Positions 1 to 9,014 of a stretch of DNA of 64,000 bases are shown one piece after another. Position 1 is the first letter of the stretch, and each line of letters opens with the position of its first letter. Location of the stretch: assembly GCA_963757805.1 (NCBI GenBank), contig CAVWSM010000008.1:2969-66968 (forward strand). The letters run 5' to 3'. The DNA is from an uncultured Actinomycetota bacterium. GTDB lineage: Bacteria; Actinomycetota; Actinomycetes; Jiangellales; Jiangellaceae. The notes beneath the pieces were generated by a model that was not told where the DNA came from, did no database searches, and saw only the letters and a program-made list of their open reading frames with translations. A program made the position numbers and the translations under genes.

Positions 1-3000
1 CGAGCCGGTGCTCGTCAGCCGACTGTTCCCACGGGAGCCGTTGCGCTCATCTGCGTTGCGTTCGGCGCGCGCGATCTACCTCAAGGTGCGCGAGCTTGCC
101 GAGGAGCGCGGCGTGTGGGCGCGGATACCTCGCGGTCGGCATGGCCACCTGGGCCGATCCGTACGCCGCGCGGCGCCCGGCGGTACCCGTACTGCTTCGC
201 CGATACAGCATCGAGCCGACCGACGCGACGCAGAGCGACTTCAGCCTGCACGTTGCCGCCGACGCGCAGATCAACCCCGTCCTGCTGTTGGCAATGGCGA
301 CCCACGTCGGCGTACGGCTCGAGCGCGACGACCTGCTCGACCCGAGTGGTCGCCTGCGCTATGCACACGTTGTCGACCGGCTGCGCGAGTTTGCTCCCGC
401 CCACGTGGTCGACGGATTCGCGATCGCCCACCGCGCAGTGCTGGGCACCTTCACCGACGCCATCCTCACCACTGCTGCCGCGCTGCGATCCGACGCCGAG
501 CGACTCGTCGACAGTGACCTCGTAGCGCTGCCTCGCGGGGGTGGACGTCACCCCGACCCCGCCGACGGGCGCGGAGCCGGTGCCGATCGCGCTCGACCTC
601 GACGACGCCCAAGCGGCCCTCGCCGAGGCGATCGTCTCCGGCGGCAGCCGCGTCGTGGTGGCACCGGCCGGCACAGGGGTGACGCAGACTCTCGCCGCAG
701 CCACCGGAGCCCTCATTGCTGCCGGGAAGCGGGTGCTTGTCGTCAGCGAGCCCCGCGCGCCGCTGCACGATCTCGCCGCCCGACTCCAAGACCTAGGCCT
801 GCAGGACGCCGTCCTCGACCTGTCTCCGGAAACTTCCGAGCCCGATGCCCTTGCCGAGATCGTGGCGATGGTCGACCGCGTCGGGCGCGCCGCCGTGCCG
901 GAGCCCGGGGGCGCGGTCGCCGAACCGGCGGCGGGGACTGAGCTCGAGACCTACCTGACGTGGCTGCACACGCCGGTACAGCCGTGGGGCCTCACCCCGT
1001 ACGAGGTCTATGCGGCGACGATCGGGAGCCGCGCGCCGGCAGGAGGTTCGAGCGCGCTGCCAGTCTGACGCGGTCCTACGCCTGCACGGGGCGGCCCGCG
1101 AGCAGGCGCGCGACGACCTCGGCGCATTCGTCGACGCTGGCGGTCTCACCACCGCATCGGCCGACTCGCCGTGGAGCGGTGCGCTGATCGATGACGAGGC
1201 GACCGCACGTCGGGCCCTCGAAGCCGCAACGTCGCTGCACCGGCAATCGCTCGGCGCCGCCCGTGACGCCGTGACTCGAGCCGCCATCGAGGTTGGGCTG
1301 CCGGCTCCGGCAACAGTCGGTGCGGCCGCGGAGGTGGCCCAGCTGCTGGCGGGCGCGCACGACTCGCTTGCAACGTTCCTGCCAGAGATCTGGTCGGCGC
1401 CGCTGTACGAGCTTGTGTCCGCGACCGCCGATCGCGAAGGCCGCTCCGGAGTGGAGCCCAAGCCCGGGTGGATGACTCGCGTACGGGCCCGGCGCAGCGC
1501 CCGTGAGCTCCGCCTCGATCCACGTACGGGTCCCAGCGGCGCCTCGCTCCACCAGGCGCTCGTCGCTGCCCGGGATCGGCGCGAGCTGTGGCTTGAGACG
1601 GCACGCGACGGGCGGCTGCCCCGACTCGGTGAGCACAGCGCGCTCGCAGTCGAAGCCGTCAACCAGGCCCTGGCCGATCTACAGGTCTTGAACTCGGTGA
1701 TGCCGGACGCTGCCTTGGCTGACAAGCCCTTCCCCGAGCTGACCAGGTACCTCGCCGAGCTGCTGGCCGATCAGCCAGGCGCGCTGCAGGTGCCGCAGCT
1801 GCGGCACCTGCGCCGACGGCTTGCCGACTCGGGCCTGGAGCCGCTGCTCGCCGAGCTCGCCACTGCCGGGGCTGACCGGTCGACCGCGCTGGCGACGTTC
1901 GACCACGCGTGGCATCGCGGCGTCGCGGCCGCAATCGCCGCCGGCGGCCAGGTGCCCAGCGATTTCGGCGCCCTCATCGACCGGTTCGCGTCAGCTGACG
2001 AGCGGGCGGTGAAGGCAGCCGGGTTGTCGATGCGCCGGGCGCACGCCACCGCCGTACGCGCTGCGCTGGCCGAGCACGGCGATCAGCGAGCCGTGCTCGA
2101 GGACGACCGAACCAGGCTTGTCACCGCGCTGACCGACGCCCGCGAGCTCGTGCTCACTGCAAAACCGGTGTGGCTGGTCTCGCCACTGCAGGTGAGCACT
2201 TCACTGCCGCTTGCCTCTCTGTTCGACCTCGTCATCGTTGAGTCAGGTCATCGCCTGTCGCCTGCACTTGCGGTACCCGCGTTGGCGCGCGCATCGCGTG
2301 TGCTGGTTTGTGGTGACCCGGAGCGCGGCTGGCCGACTGAGTTCTCGGTGGCCGCCGACCCCGAGTCCGAACCTGACCCGGATCCCGCGGGCATGCCAAG
2401 ACGCGGCCATCCCACCTCGGTGCTCGACCAGCTGCGTGAGCACCTTCCGGTGGGCAGTCTGAGTCATGACTACCGCAGCGCCGATGCGCGCCTCGTTGCC
2501 TTTGCGGCCGCCAGGCACGCCGGCGAGTTCGTCGCCTGGCCCAACGCGGGCAGCAGCCGGGTCTGTTTGGAGCTCGTTTCCCAGCCGGTCGGGACCCATC
2601 GCCAGGAGGAGAGCGTTGAGGCTGAGGCGGCACGGGTCATCGACCTTGTGCTGGCGCACGCACACACGAGGTCAGATGAGTCGCTGGCGGTCGTCACCCT
2701 GACCGAGCGGCACGCCGAACGCATCCGCACCCTGCTCCGCGGCGCACTGCTCGCAGCGCGTGACGTGCACCGGTTCTTCAGCGCCGATCGGGCCGAGCCG
2801 TTCACGGTCGTGACGTTCGACCACCTGGCCGAGCGGTCGCGTGACGCGGTGATTCTCGCTGTCGGCTACGGACGTACGGCCGAGGGCAGACTGCTCTACC
2901 GGTTCGGTGCCCTCGGTCGCGAGGGCGGCGACGCGCTGCTGGCCACCGCGACTGCCGCGGGGCGGCGCGACCTGACCGTGGTGTCCAGCCTGAGCGCCGA

Positions 3001-3466
3001 GGACCTCAACCTGCGCCGGCTGCTCACCCCCGGCCCCAAGGCGTTGCGCGACCTGCTCACCTATGCCGGTCGCGGTGGTGAGCCCCTGCGCAGTGCAGCG
3101 TCGCCCGAGCCCGTCGACCCGTTGGCGGTCGACATCGCTCGCCGGCTCAAGATCGCCGGGCTGCCGGCCGTCACCTCGTACGGCCACCTCGGGCTGCGCA
3201 TTCCGGTTGCCGTCGCCCACCATGAGCGCGACCGCACCATGGTGCTCGCCATCCTGCCCGACCGGGCCGACGGGTCCCTCCGGCAGGCGTTGCGCATCGG
3301 GCCGGGGCAGCTGCGGCGCCTTGGCTGGTCGGTCGTCCCGGTGTCCGTAGCGCGCTGGACGGTCGACCCCGCCGCCGAAGTGCAGCGGATCAAGGCGGCG
3401 TACGAATCGGCGACCGGCACACCGCTCCCGAGCGACGACGAGCGCGGCGAGCCGCCGGCTGCCTGA
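1..3466 (+). pseudogene. Upf1-like SF1 helicase-family protein (DUF4011-type N-terminus, restriction-endonuclease-like C-terminus); 5' partial, frame-disrupted, ATPase motifs degenerate
   Basis: Sensible translation jumps between frames: ...LKVRELAEERGV (ORF 8..517 frame), then GYLAVGMATWADP...DSDLVALPRGG (ORF 96..941), then VDVTPTPP...VVVAPAGTGVTQT...GKRVLVVSE (ORF 541..1068), then ORF 1010..3466. Frame switches lie near 118, at the G5 run 537-541 and within 1030-1070. Walker A reads APAGTGVT (Lys replaced by Val). Motif II reads VIVESGH instead of DEAxQ. The GDERD-like motif reads AERSRD. Confidence 0.6.
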
Positions 3467-3482
3467 CGTACCCTCGTTGGTG

Positions 3483-3620
3483 ATGAGCGAGACGCCATTG
3501 GAGGATGACTTCGTGGTGCTGCCCGACGCCACCGTCGACGACACGGCGGCCGGCTGGGGCGAGCAGGACGAGTCCAACGACGCGCGTCTGGTCGACGAGC
3601 GTCCGCCGCACTGGGACTGA
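3483..3620 (+). CDS. small acidic protein, 45 aa (below ORF-track size cutoff)
   Basis: ATG at 3483, TGA at 3618-3620. Translation is MSETPLEDDFVVLPDATVDDTAAGWGEQDESNDARLVDERPPHWD. Third codon positions are almost all G/C, as in neighbouring genes. The GWGE...PPHW tail recalls a small conserved actinobacterial protein (memory only). Confidence 0.5.
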   Translation: MSETPLEDDFVVLPDATVDDTAAGWGEQDESNDARLVDERPPHWD

Positions 3621-3628
3621 TCGTCCAT

Positions 3629-4063
3629 TCAGCGCTCAGCCCGGTGGGAGGCCTCGGCCGCGCGAGTGCTGCCGTTCAGCTCACGCAGCTCGTCGCGAAT
3701 CTCTTTGAGCAGTTGGACGTCCTCGGGCACTGCTTCCGGCTCCGGCTCCTGGCCCCTCGCGCGTCGCTCGCGAAGGTGATTCATCGGGCCAACGAAGATG
3801 AAGTAGACGACGGCCGCGGTGATCAGGAACGTGATGGTCGCTCCGATGACCGCGCCGAGGTCGATCGTTGTTGCCGGATTGTCGGTGATCTGGAACGAGA
3901 GCCCCGAGGGCCCGTCGCCGCCACCGACCGCGTTGATGACCGGTTGGATCACGTTGTTGGTGATCGAGCCGATCAGTGCCGTGAATGCTGCGCCGATCAC
4001 CACCGCAACAGCGAGGTCGATGACATTGCCGCGCATGATGAAGTCCTTGAAGCCCTTGATCAC
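3629..4063 (-). CDS. mscL: large-conductance mechanosensitive channel
   Basis: 144 aa starting MIKGFKDFIMRGNVIDLAVAVVIGAAFTALI..., the canonical MscL N-terminus, with two TM helices. GTG start at 4063. Confidence 0.95.
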   Translation of the reverse strand: MIKGFKDFIMRGNVIDLAVAVVIGAAFTALIGSITNNVIQPVINAVGGGDGPSGLSFQITDNPATTIDLGAVIGATITFLITAAVVYFIFVGPMNHLRERRARGQEPEPEAVPEDVQLLKEIRDELRELNGSTRAAEASHRAER

Positions 4064-4120
4064 GCGTTATCCCCTTCCGATCTGGCCTCGTCCGGCCAAC
4101 CTATCGGGGATCCGCACGCG

Positions 4121-4798
4121 TCAGAGATCGGGCAGCAGCACCACGCTCAGCGGTGCGCTGACGGCGGCCGCGGCCAGATCCAGCGCCTCTTGGTGGGTCG
4201 TGGACAGCACAACGAGCGCGCCGTCGAGGGCGACTGATCCCTCGCTCGGCTGCGGGACGCTCAGCACCCGCACCCCGGCCGCGACCACCGACGCGGAAGG
4301 CAAGGCAGCCGTGGAGCTTTCGAAGTCTTCCTCCACGCCTGTCACTCCGAGAGTGTCGACGCCCACCGCGGCCAGGACGTCGACCACGTCGCCGGGTCGC
4401 AGGAGCACTGCGGTGGCCGCATCCATCAGCCGTACGGGCATCGCCACCTGCCCCTCCTCCAGCGCGCTGACGAGCCCCGGGTTCACGACGCGCACATCGG
4501 TCAGCGGCTCACCCGATCGGACGGCGCCCGCGACCACGCGACCGGCGACATCGCCGACGACTGTGAAGGTCCCGGACGGCACGAGATCGGGCGGCAGCCG
4601 CTCCACCCGCACATCAGAGCTGGCCAGCGTCGTCCCAGGCATCAGGTCACGGGAGGCGACCACAACCTCTGCGGAAGGAGGGGGAGGCGGTTCGAGAGCC
4701 TCAAGTGCGAACATCACGGCCACAGCCGCCACCGCCGCGGCGAGCAGCCGCCGATGCCAGGTGACGGCTCGTATCAGTCTGGTCCAGGTCGAGGGCAC
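4121..4798 (-). CDS. SAF domain-containing membrane-anchored protein (CpaB/RcpC-like)
   Basis: 225 aa with an N-terminal TM helix (LLAAAVAAVAVMFAL) followed by a SAF-like segment VVVASRDLMPGTTLASSDVRVERLP...GRVVAGAVRSGEPLTDVRV. It sits next to mscL, as in other actinobacteria. Confidence 0.7.
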   Translation of the reverse strand: MPSTWTRLIRAVTWHRRLLAAAVAAVAVMFALEALEPPPPPSAEVVVASRDLMPGTTLASSDVRVERLPPDLVPSGTFTVVGDVAGRVVAGAVRSGEPLTDVRVVNPGLVSALEEGQVAMPVRLMDAATAVLLRPGDVVDVLAAVGVDTLGVTGVEEDFESSTAALPSASVVAAGVRVLSVPQPSEGSVALDGALVVLSTTHQEALDLAAAAVSAPLSVVLLPDL

Positions 4799-4890
4799 GC
4801 CAGCGACGCTAGGCCGGAATCAGGGACTTGATCGCCTTGTCCACAAGGGTCGGCGCACCTCACCGGTCGCCCGCGATGGATGTGGACGAA

Positions 4891-5261
4891 TCAGGCTGCG
4901 GAGCCGGTTGCGTTGCTGGTCTTGGCAGCGCCAGTCGACGAGGAACCCTTCGAGGAGTCCGACGACGACCCAGTCGACGTGCTGCTGGACGACCCGGAGG
5001 CTCCGTCGGACGTCCCAGCCGAGGCGCCGTTTGACGACCCCGCCTTAGCGCCGTTGGACGATCCGTTGGACGACGGCAGGCAGCCGTCCGGCTGTCGGTG
5101 CGGTAGAAGCCCGAGCCCTTGAACACGACGCCGACCGCTGAGAACACCTTGCGCAGCGTGCCGCCGCAGCGTGGGCACTCGGTGAGCGCAGCGTCCGTGA
5201 ACTTCTGGACGACCTCGAGCGGCTCACCGCAGTCGGTGCACGTGTACTGGTACGTCGGCAC
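4891..5261 (-). pseudogene. FmdB-family zinc-ribbon protein (Rv0991c/Ruc-like), frame-disrupted as assembled
   Basis: GTG at 5261 gives VPTYQYTCTDCGEPLEVVQKFTDAALTECPRCGGTLRKVFSAVGVVFKGSGFYRTDSR (CxxC...CxxC). The Ser/Gly-rich tail typical of the family (SSNGSSNGAKAGSSNG...STGSSSDSSKGSSS) is in the frame of ORF 4891..5178. This implies a frame switch near 5085-5100. Confidence 0.75.
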
Positions 5262-5378
5262 GGTCGGCTTCCTCCTGGCGATCCGAGGGTCGTTAGCACT
5301 CCTACCCTCTGACTGCCAATGATGCCCGTTCGGCCGGAAGATTGCCAAAAGAGTGTCGGCCACGCATGGCATGGCGCC

Positions 5379-5398
5379 GGCGTTCCCGCGGGAACGCC
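5379..5398. repeat. 20-nt perfect palindrome GGCGTTCCCGCGGGAACGCC, also present at 63499-63518
   Basis: The sequence is identical at both sites. Here it lies about 140 nt downstream of the epimerase stop (minus strand), so a terminator-like position. Confidence 0.6.
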
Positions 5399-5537
5399 CC
5401 GGAGACACCCGCGCCACCGCCCCGGATGCTGTCCCCTCACCGTGCGCGCTATACGTGCGTTTGCGGGCTGTTTCGGCGCGGTTTGCGCACGTCTAACGCG
5501 CACGGTCGACGCGGGCCGCGGCCTGGTCGCCGGCGGA

Positions 5538-6398
5538 TCAGGGGACTGTCACGTGGTCACGCCAGCTGTGCTGCGGGGCGTAACCAAGGGCCGCCCCCGC
5601 CGCGTCGATCGCCAGCAGCGTCTCGAACTCGCCAACTTCGCGAGTCAACGGCACGTCTGGAAACACCTCCGCCAGCAGGTCCGCCGACGGCCGGGTCATG
5701 ATCGTGTCGGCCGCCGCGATGATGAAGCTCGACGCCCCGCCGAGCGGCGCTTCCAGTGAGAGCCGGCAGGCGGCAGCCACATCGCGTGCGTCGACATAAC
5801 CCCACAGGTTCCATTTGCGCACGTAGGGGTCGTCCCAGTAGGAGGGCACCCGGGCATAGTCGGCGACCACGTGCACGTTGGACAGCCGCAGAGCGACGAA
5901 CGGGATGCCCGACCAACCGCTGATCTGCTGGGCCAGCGTCTCCCCCACGACCTTGGACAAGGCGTAGGTGCTCGTCGGGTACGGGTAGTGGTCCTCGTCG
6001 ACCGGCGCGTACTTCGGCGGAACGTCGAAGGGAAGCCCAAGGGTCGTCTCGCTCGAGGTCCACACCACGCGGGTCAGACCGAGTGACTCGGCAGCGAGGA
6101 AGACGTTGCTGTTCATCGCGGTGTTGGCCGTGAACGTAACCGCGGGCGGGTAGAGGCCCGGCGCGGGGATGTTGGCCAGGTGCACGACGGCATCGACGCC
6201 GCGGAGCGCATCGACCGTCTGCCCGTAGTCGGTGAGATCGGCGCGCAGCAGAGACAAACCCAGCTCGGCGAGATCGCCCTGATCGCCGGGGCGTCCGGCC
6301 GTGTCGATCGCGACGACGTCGTAGTCGTGGCCCACCAGGTCGGCCACAACGACGCGACCTGTCTTGCCGAACGCACCGGTGACGGCGACTCTGCTCAT
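5538..6398 (-). CDS. NAD-dependent epimerase/dehydratase family (SDR) protein
   Basis: 286 aa. The N-terminal Rossmann motif is VAVTGAFGKTGRVVVADL. A catalytic YxxxK-type segment is STYALSKVVGE. Confidence 0.85.
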   Translation of the reverse strand: MSRVAVTGAFGKTGRVVVADLVGHDYDVVAIDTAGRPGDQGDLAELGLSLLRADLTDYGQTVDALRGVDAVVHLANIPAPGLYPPAVTFTANTAMNSNVFLAAESLGLTRVVWTSSETTLGLPFDVPPKYAPVDEDHYPYPTSTYALSKVVGETLAQQISGWSGIPFVALRLSNVHVVADYARVPSYWDDPYVRKWNLWGYVDARDVAAACRLSLEAPLGGASSFIIAAADTIMTRPSADLLAEVFPDVPLTREVGEFETLLAIDAAGAALGYAPQHSWRDHVTVP

Positions 6399-6419
6399 CT
6401 GGGCTCCTGTCCGGTTGGG

Positions 6420-7476
6420 CTACGCATGGAACGCCGCGAGACGTGCGGCTTCGTCGTCGAGCTCTGCGCGTGCGGCCTTCGCCAACCGCCCGAATGGCTT
6501 GACCACGATGCGCCCATCCTCGTACCTCCAGGTGCCCGCAACCGCGCCGTCGACGAGAACGGTGTTGAACGAGTGCGGCGTTTTGGTGTTGAAGATCCGC
6601 GAACGATGCTGCTCGGGCAGGATCTGCGTGCGTCGTGCGTGGGTGAGCAGCACGGCGTCCCAGACCGCCAGGAACCGTACGGGCGCCACGGTGTCGGCGT
6701 CCGGCAGCGGAAGGTCGGGCAGGTCGACCAAAGCCTTCCCGTCCACCGATCGGAAGTGCCGCAGCTCCATGTCTGACAGCGCCTCCGTCACCGTGCGTGA
6801 CGGGCAGCCCGGCCCAGGACGCGATGTCGGCCTTGGCCGCTGGGCCGAACGCGGTCAGGTAGCGCCGCACGAGCAGGTCGACACCCTGCCCCGGCGTGAC
6901 ATCGGCGGCGCCCACAGACCCGGGTGGCAGCCAGTCCTCTGCAAGCGCGAACAGGTTGGCTCGTGGCCGCTCCCAAGTGCCAGAGGGTGGAACACGTACG
7001 AGGTCGATGAACTGCGCAACTCCCTCGTGGCGTGACGGCTTGACCACCGCGTCGAGATCGGCGCGGCTCATCGGACCGTCGCGCAGCGCCTCACGCAGCC
7101 GTTTGGCCGCCGCCTCGGTGTCATCGGCGGAGACGCCCCGGGCGACGCGGACGTACCACTGCCGCCGCGGCTCGCGGATCGCCGCGGCCCACAACCAGTA
7201 GTCCTCGGCGGACACGAGATGGATCGTCGAGCGCAGCAACGTGGCCTGGATGATCGCGCGGTCCACCAGTGCGCGGGTCACCTCGTCGCGCGCGAGACCG
7301 GCGACACGGGACCAGAGTCCGACGTACACGGCCGGCGCGTACTGCGCCTGCACGCCGCCCATCGCCTCGAGCACCCGCGGAATCGGCCGCTCGACTCGCT
7401 CAAGCAGGAGCTGGCGTGCGAGCAGGGCACGATTGAGCTCGCGCTGCGTGAGTGTCCGAGCAGGCTTGGTTGCCAC
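6420..7476 (-). pseudogene. winged-helix DNA-binding protein of the YcaQ/crosslink-repair glycosylase-like family, frame-disrupted as assembled
   Basis: The N-terminal 228 aa are in ORF 5557..7476 (MATKPARTLTQRELNRALLARQLLLER...DIASWAGLPVT). The C-terminal part is in ORF 6420..6791 (TEALSDMELRHFRSVDGKALVDLPD...VDGAVAGTWRYEDGRIVVKPF). The switch lies at about 6788-6800. The rest of ORF 5557..7476 is Arg-rich antisense of the epimerase gene. Confidence 0.7.
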
Positions 7477-7560
7477 GCTCAGGACCGTACCGATAATCGC
7501 CGACAGAGCATGACCTAGCGTTATGACGCATCAACTCCACCGCCGAGGAGGCATCGACAA

Positions 7561-8085
7561 GTGGCCGGAACTGCGCGCCAGATCACGATGTACGGGGATC
7601 CGGTGCTCCACCGGCGCTGCGACGAGGTGACGAGCTTCGACGGCGAGCTCCGCCAGCTAGTCGACGACATGTTCGCGAGCATGGCCGAGGCGGACGGGGT
7701 GGGGCTGGCCGCCAACCAGGTCGGCGTATCACTGCGGGTGTTCGTCTTCGACTGCCCAGACGCAGACGACAACCGCGTGGTCGGGCACGTCTGCAACCCG
7801 GTCCTACAGCTACCCGACGGCAAGGATCGGGTCCTCGACATGTCGGACGAGGGCTGTCTGTCGGTCCCGGGGGAGTACGCACAGCTCGGCCGTCCCGACT
7901 TTGCTGCCGTCACCGGGGTCGATGTCGACGGGAAGCCGGTGCGGTACGAAGGCGGCGGGCTGCTTGCGCGCTGCCTGCAGCACGAGACCGACCACCTGGA
8001 CGGCATCGTGTTCGTCGACCGGCTGCCCCGCCGGGCCCGCAAGAAGGTGCTCGAGGCGGCCGGGTTCGACGGCGTCAGGTTCTAG
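7561..8085 (+). CDS. def: peptide deformylase
   Basis: 174 aa carrying the three signature motifs [18 protein letters not shown] and HETDHLDG. Confidence 0.95.
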   Translation: MAGTARQITMYGDPVLHRRCDEVTSFDGELRQLVDDMFASMAEADGVGLAANQVGVSLRVFVFDCPDADDNRVVGHVCNPVLQLPDGKDRVLDMSDEGCLSVPGEYAQLGRPDFAAVTGVDVDGKPVRYEGGGLLARCLQHETDHLDGIVFVDRLPRRARKKVLEAAGFDGVRF

Positions 8086-8179
8086 CGGTCGCCGGGAGGC
8101 CGCGGAACTGAAGCGTTGTGTTCGACACACGCGGCGTGTTGCGGCCGCGGCGCTTCAGCTGTGGTGGTTCGCTGTTGCG

Positions 8180-8903
8180 TCAGCCGAGCAGCCGCGGCTC
8201 GATCTTCGATTCAATGACACTGCCGTCAGCCAGCCGTTCGACGCGATAGGCCGCGACACCCGGCTTGTCGGCGACCGCTTCGACCAGCTCGGTGCCCCGG
8301 TAGAGCAGCCCCACGCCGTCGTCGGTTGCGAATGACAGCGGCAGCACCTCGTCGCCGACGAGCTTGTGCAACAGCGGCCGTCGCTGCTCCTCGGAGTCGT
8401 AGTGCACGCCGTTGCCGTACGGCAGCAGCGCGAGCCCGTTGGTGACCGGCCGCAGGTCACGGCCGAACGAGTCGGTGGGGCCGCCGACGTGCCAGCAGAT
8501 CGACCCGGCCGAGACGCCGCTGAGCACGACGCCCGCCTCCCAGCACTCGCGCAGGATCTCGTCCAGGCCGTGCAGCCGCCAGAGCTCGAGCAACCCCGCC
8601 ACCGAGCCGCCGCCGACCCAGATCACGTCCTGGCGGAGCAGATGCCCGCGGATGTCGTCGAGGTTGGGCATCGGCATCACGTTGAGGCAGGTCACCAAGG
8701 TGTCGGTGCCGTAGAACGCCTCGTGGATGCGCGCGTTCTGGTGCGGGTTGTCCCCGAGCGGCGGTGCCGACGTATGTGAACCGCGAGCGTCCGCCCGCGA
8801 GCTCGAAGGCGAAGTCAATGAGCGGCCCCGGGGTCAGATAGGTCCGGTCACCTTGGCGGAAGCCACCCGAGGTGGCGAGGATCGTCGGTGCTTCAGCGGT
8901 CAC
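8180..8903 (-). pseudogene. peptidase E-like (S51) / type 1 glutamine amidotransferase-like protein, frame-disrupted as assembled
   Basis: GTG at 8903 gives VTAEAPTILATSGGFRQGDRTYL...RFTYVGTAA (frame of ORF 8457..8951). It continues as GDNPHQNARIHEAFYG...VLSGVSAGSICW (ORF 8180..8818). One extra base near 8756 breaks the frame. Confidence 0.7.
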
Positions 8904-9014
8904 GCGCTCCACCCTGTCAGAGCGCCGAACGCTTCGACGCAAGGGCACCATGCGTCGATAGGTTCGACACGGGGTGGCGTTACCTCGAAATCGGGTCGCT
9001 TAGGCTTGCCGCCC

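Noticed and set aside
8086-8179. CTGAAGCG...CGCTTCAG pairing between the convergent def and peptidase E-like genes, as a bidirectional terminator.
   Set aside because: The stem is only 8 bp with a loop of about 37 nt, which is too weak to call without folding software.
8727-9014. The N-terminal 96 residues of ORF 8727..11531 (penicillin acylase).
   Set aside because: This stretch overlaps the divergent peptidase E-like gene and lacks signal-peptide character. The hydrophobic anchor begins just after the GTG/TTG candidates at 9006-9027.
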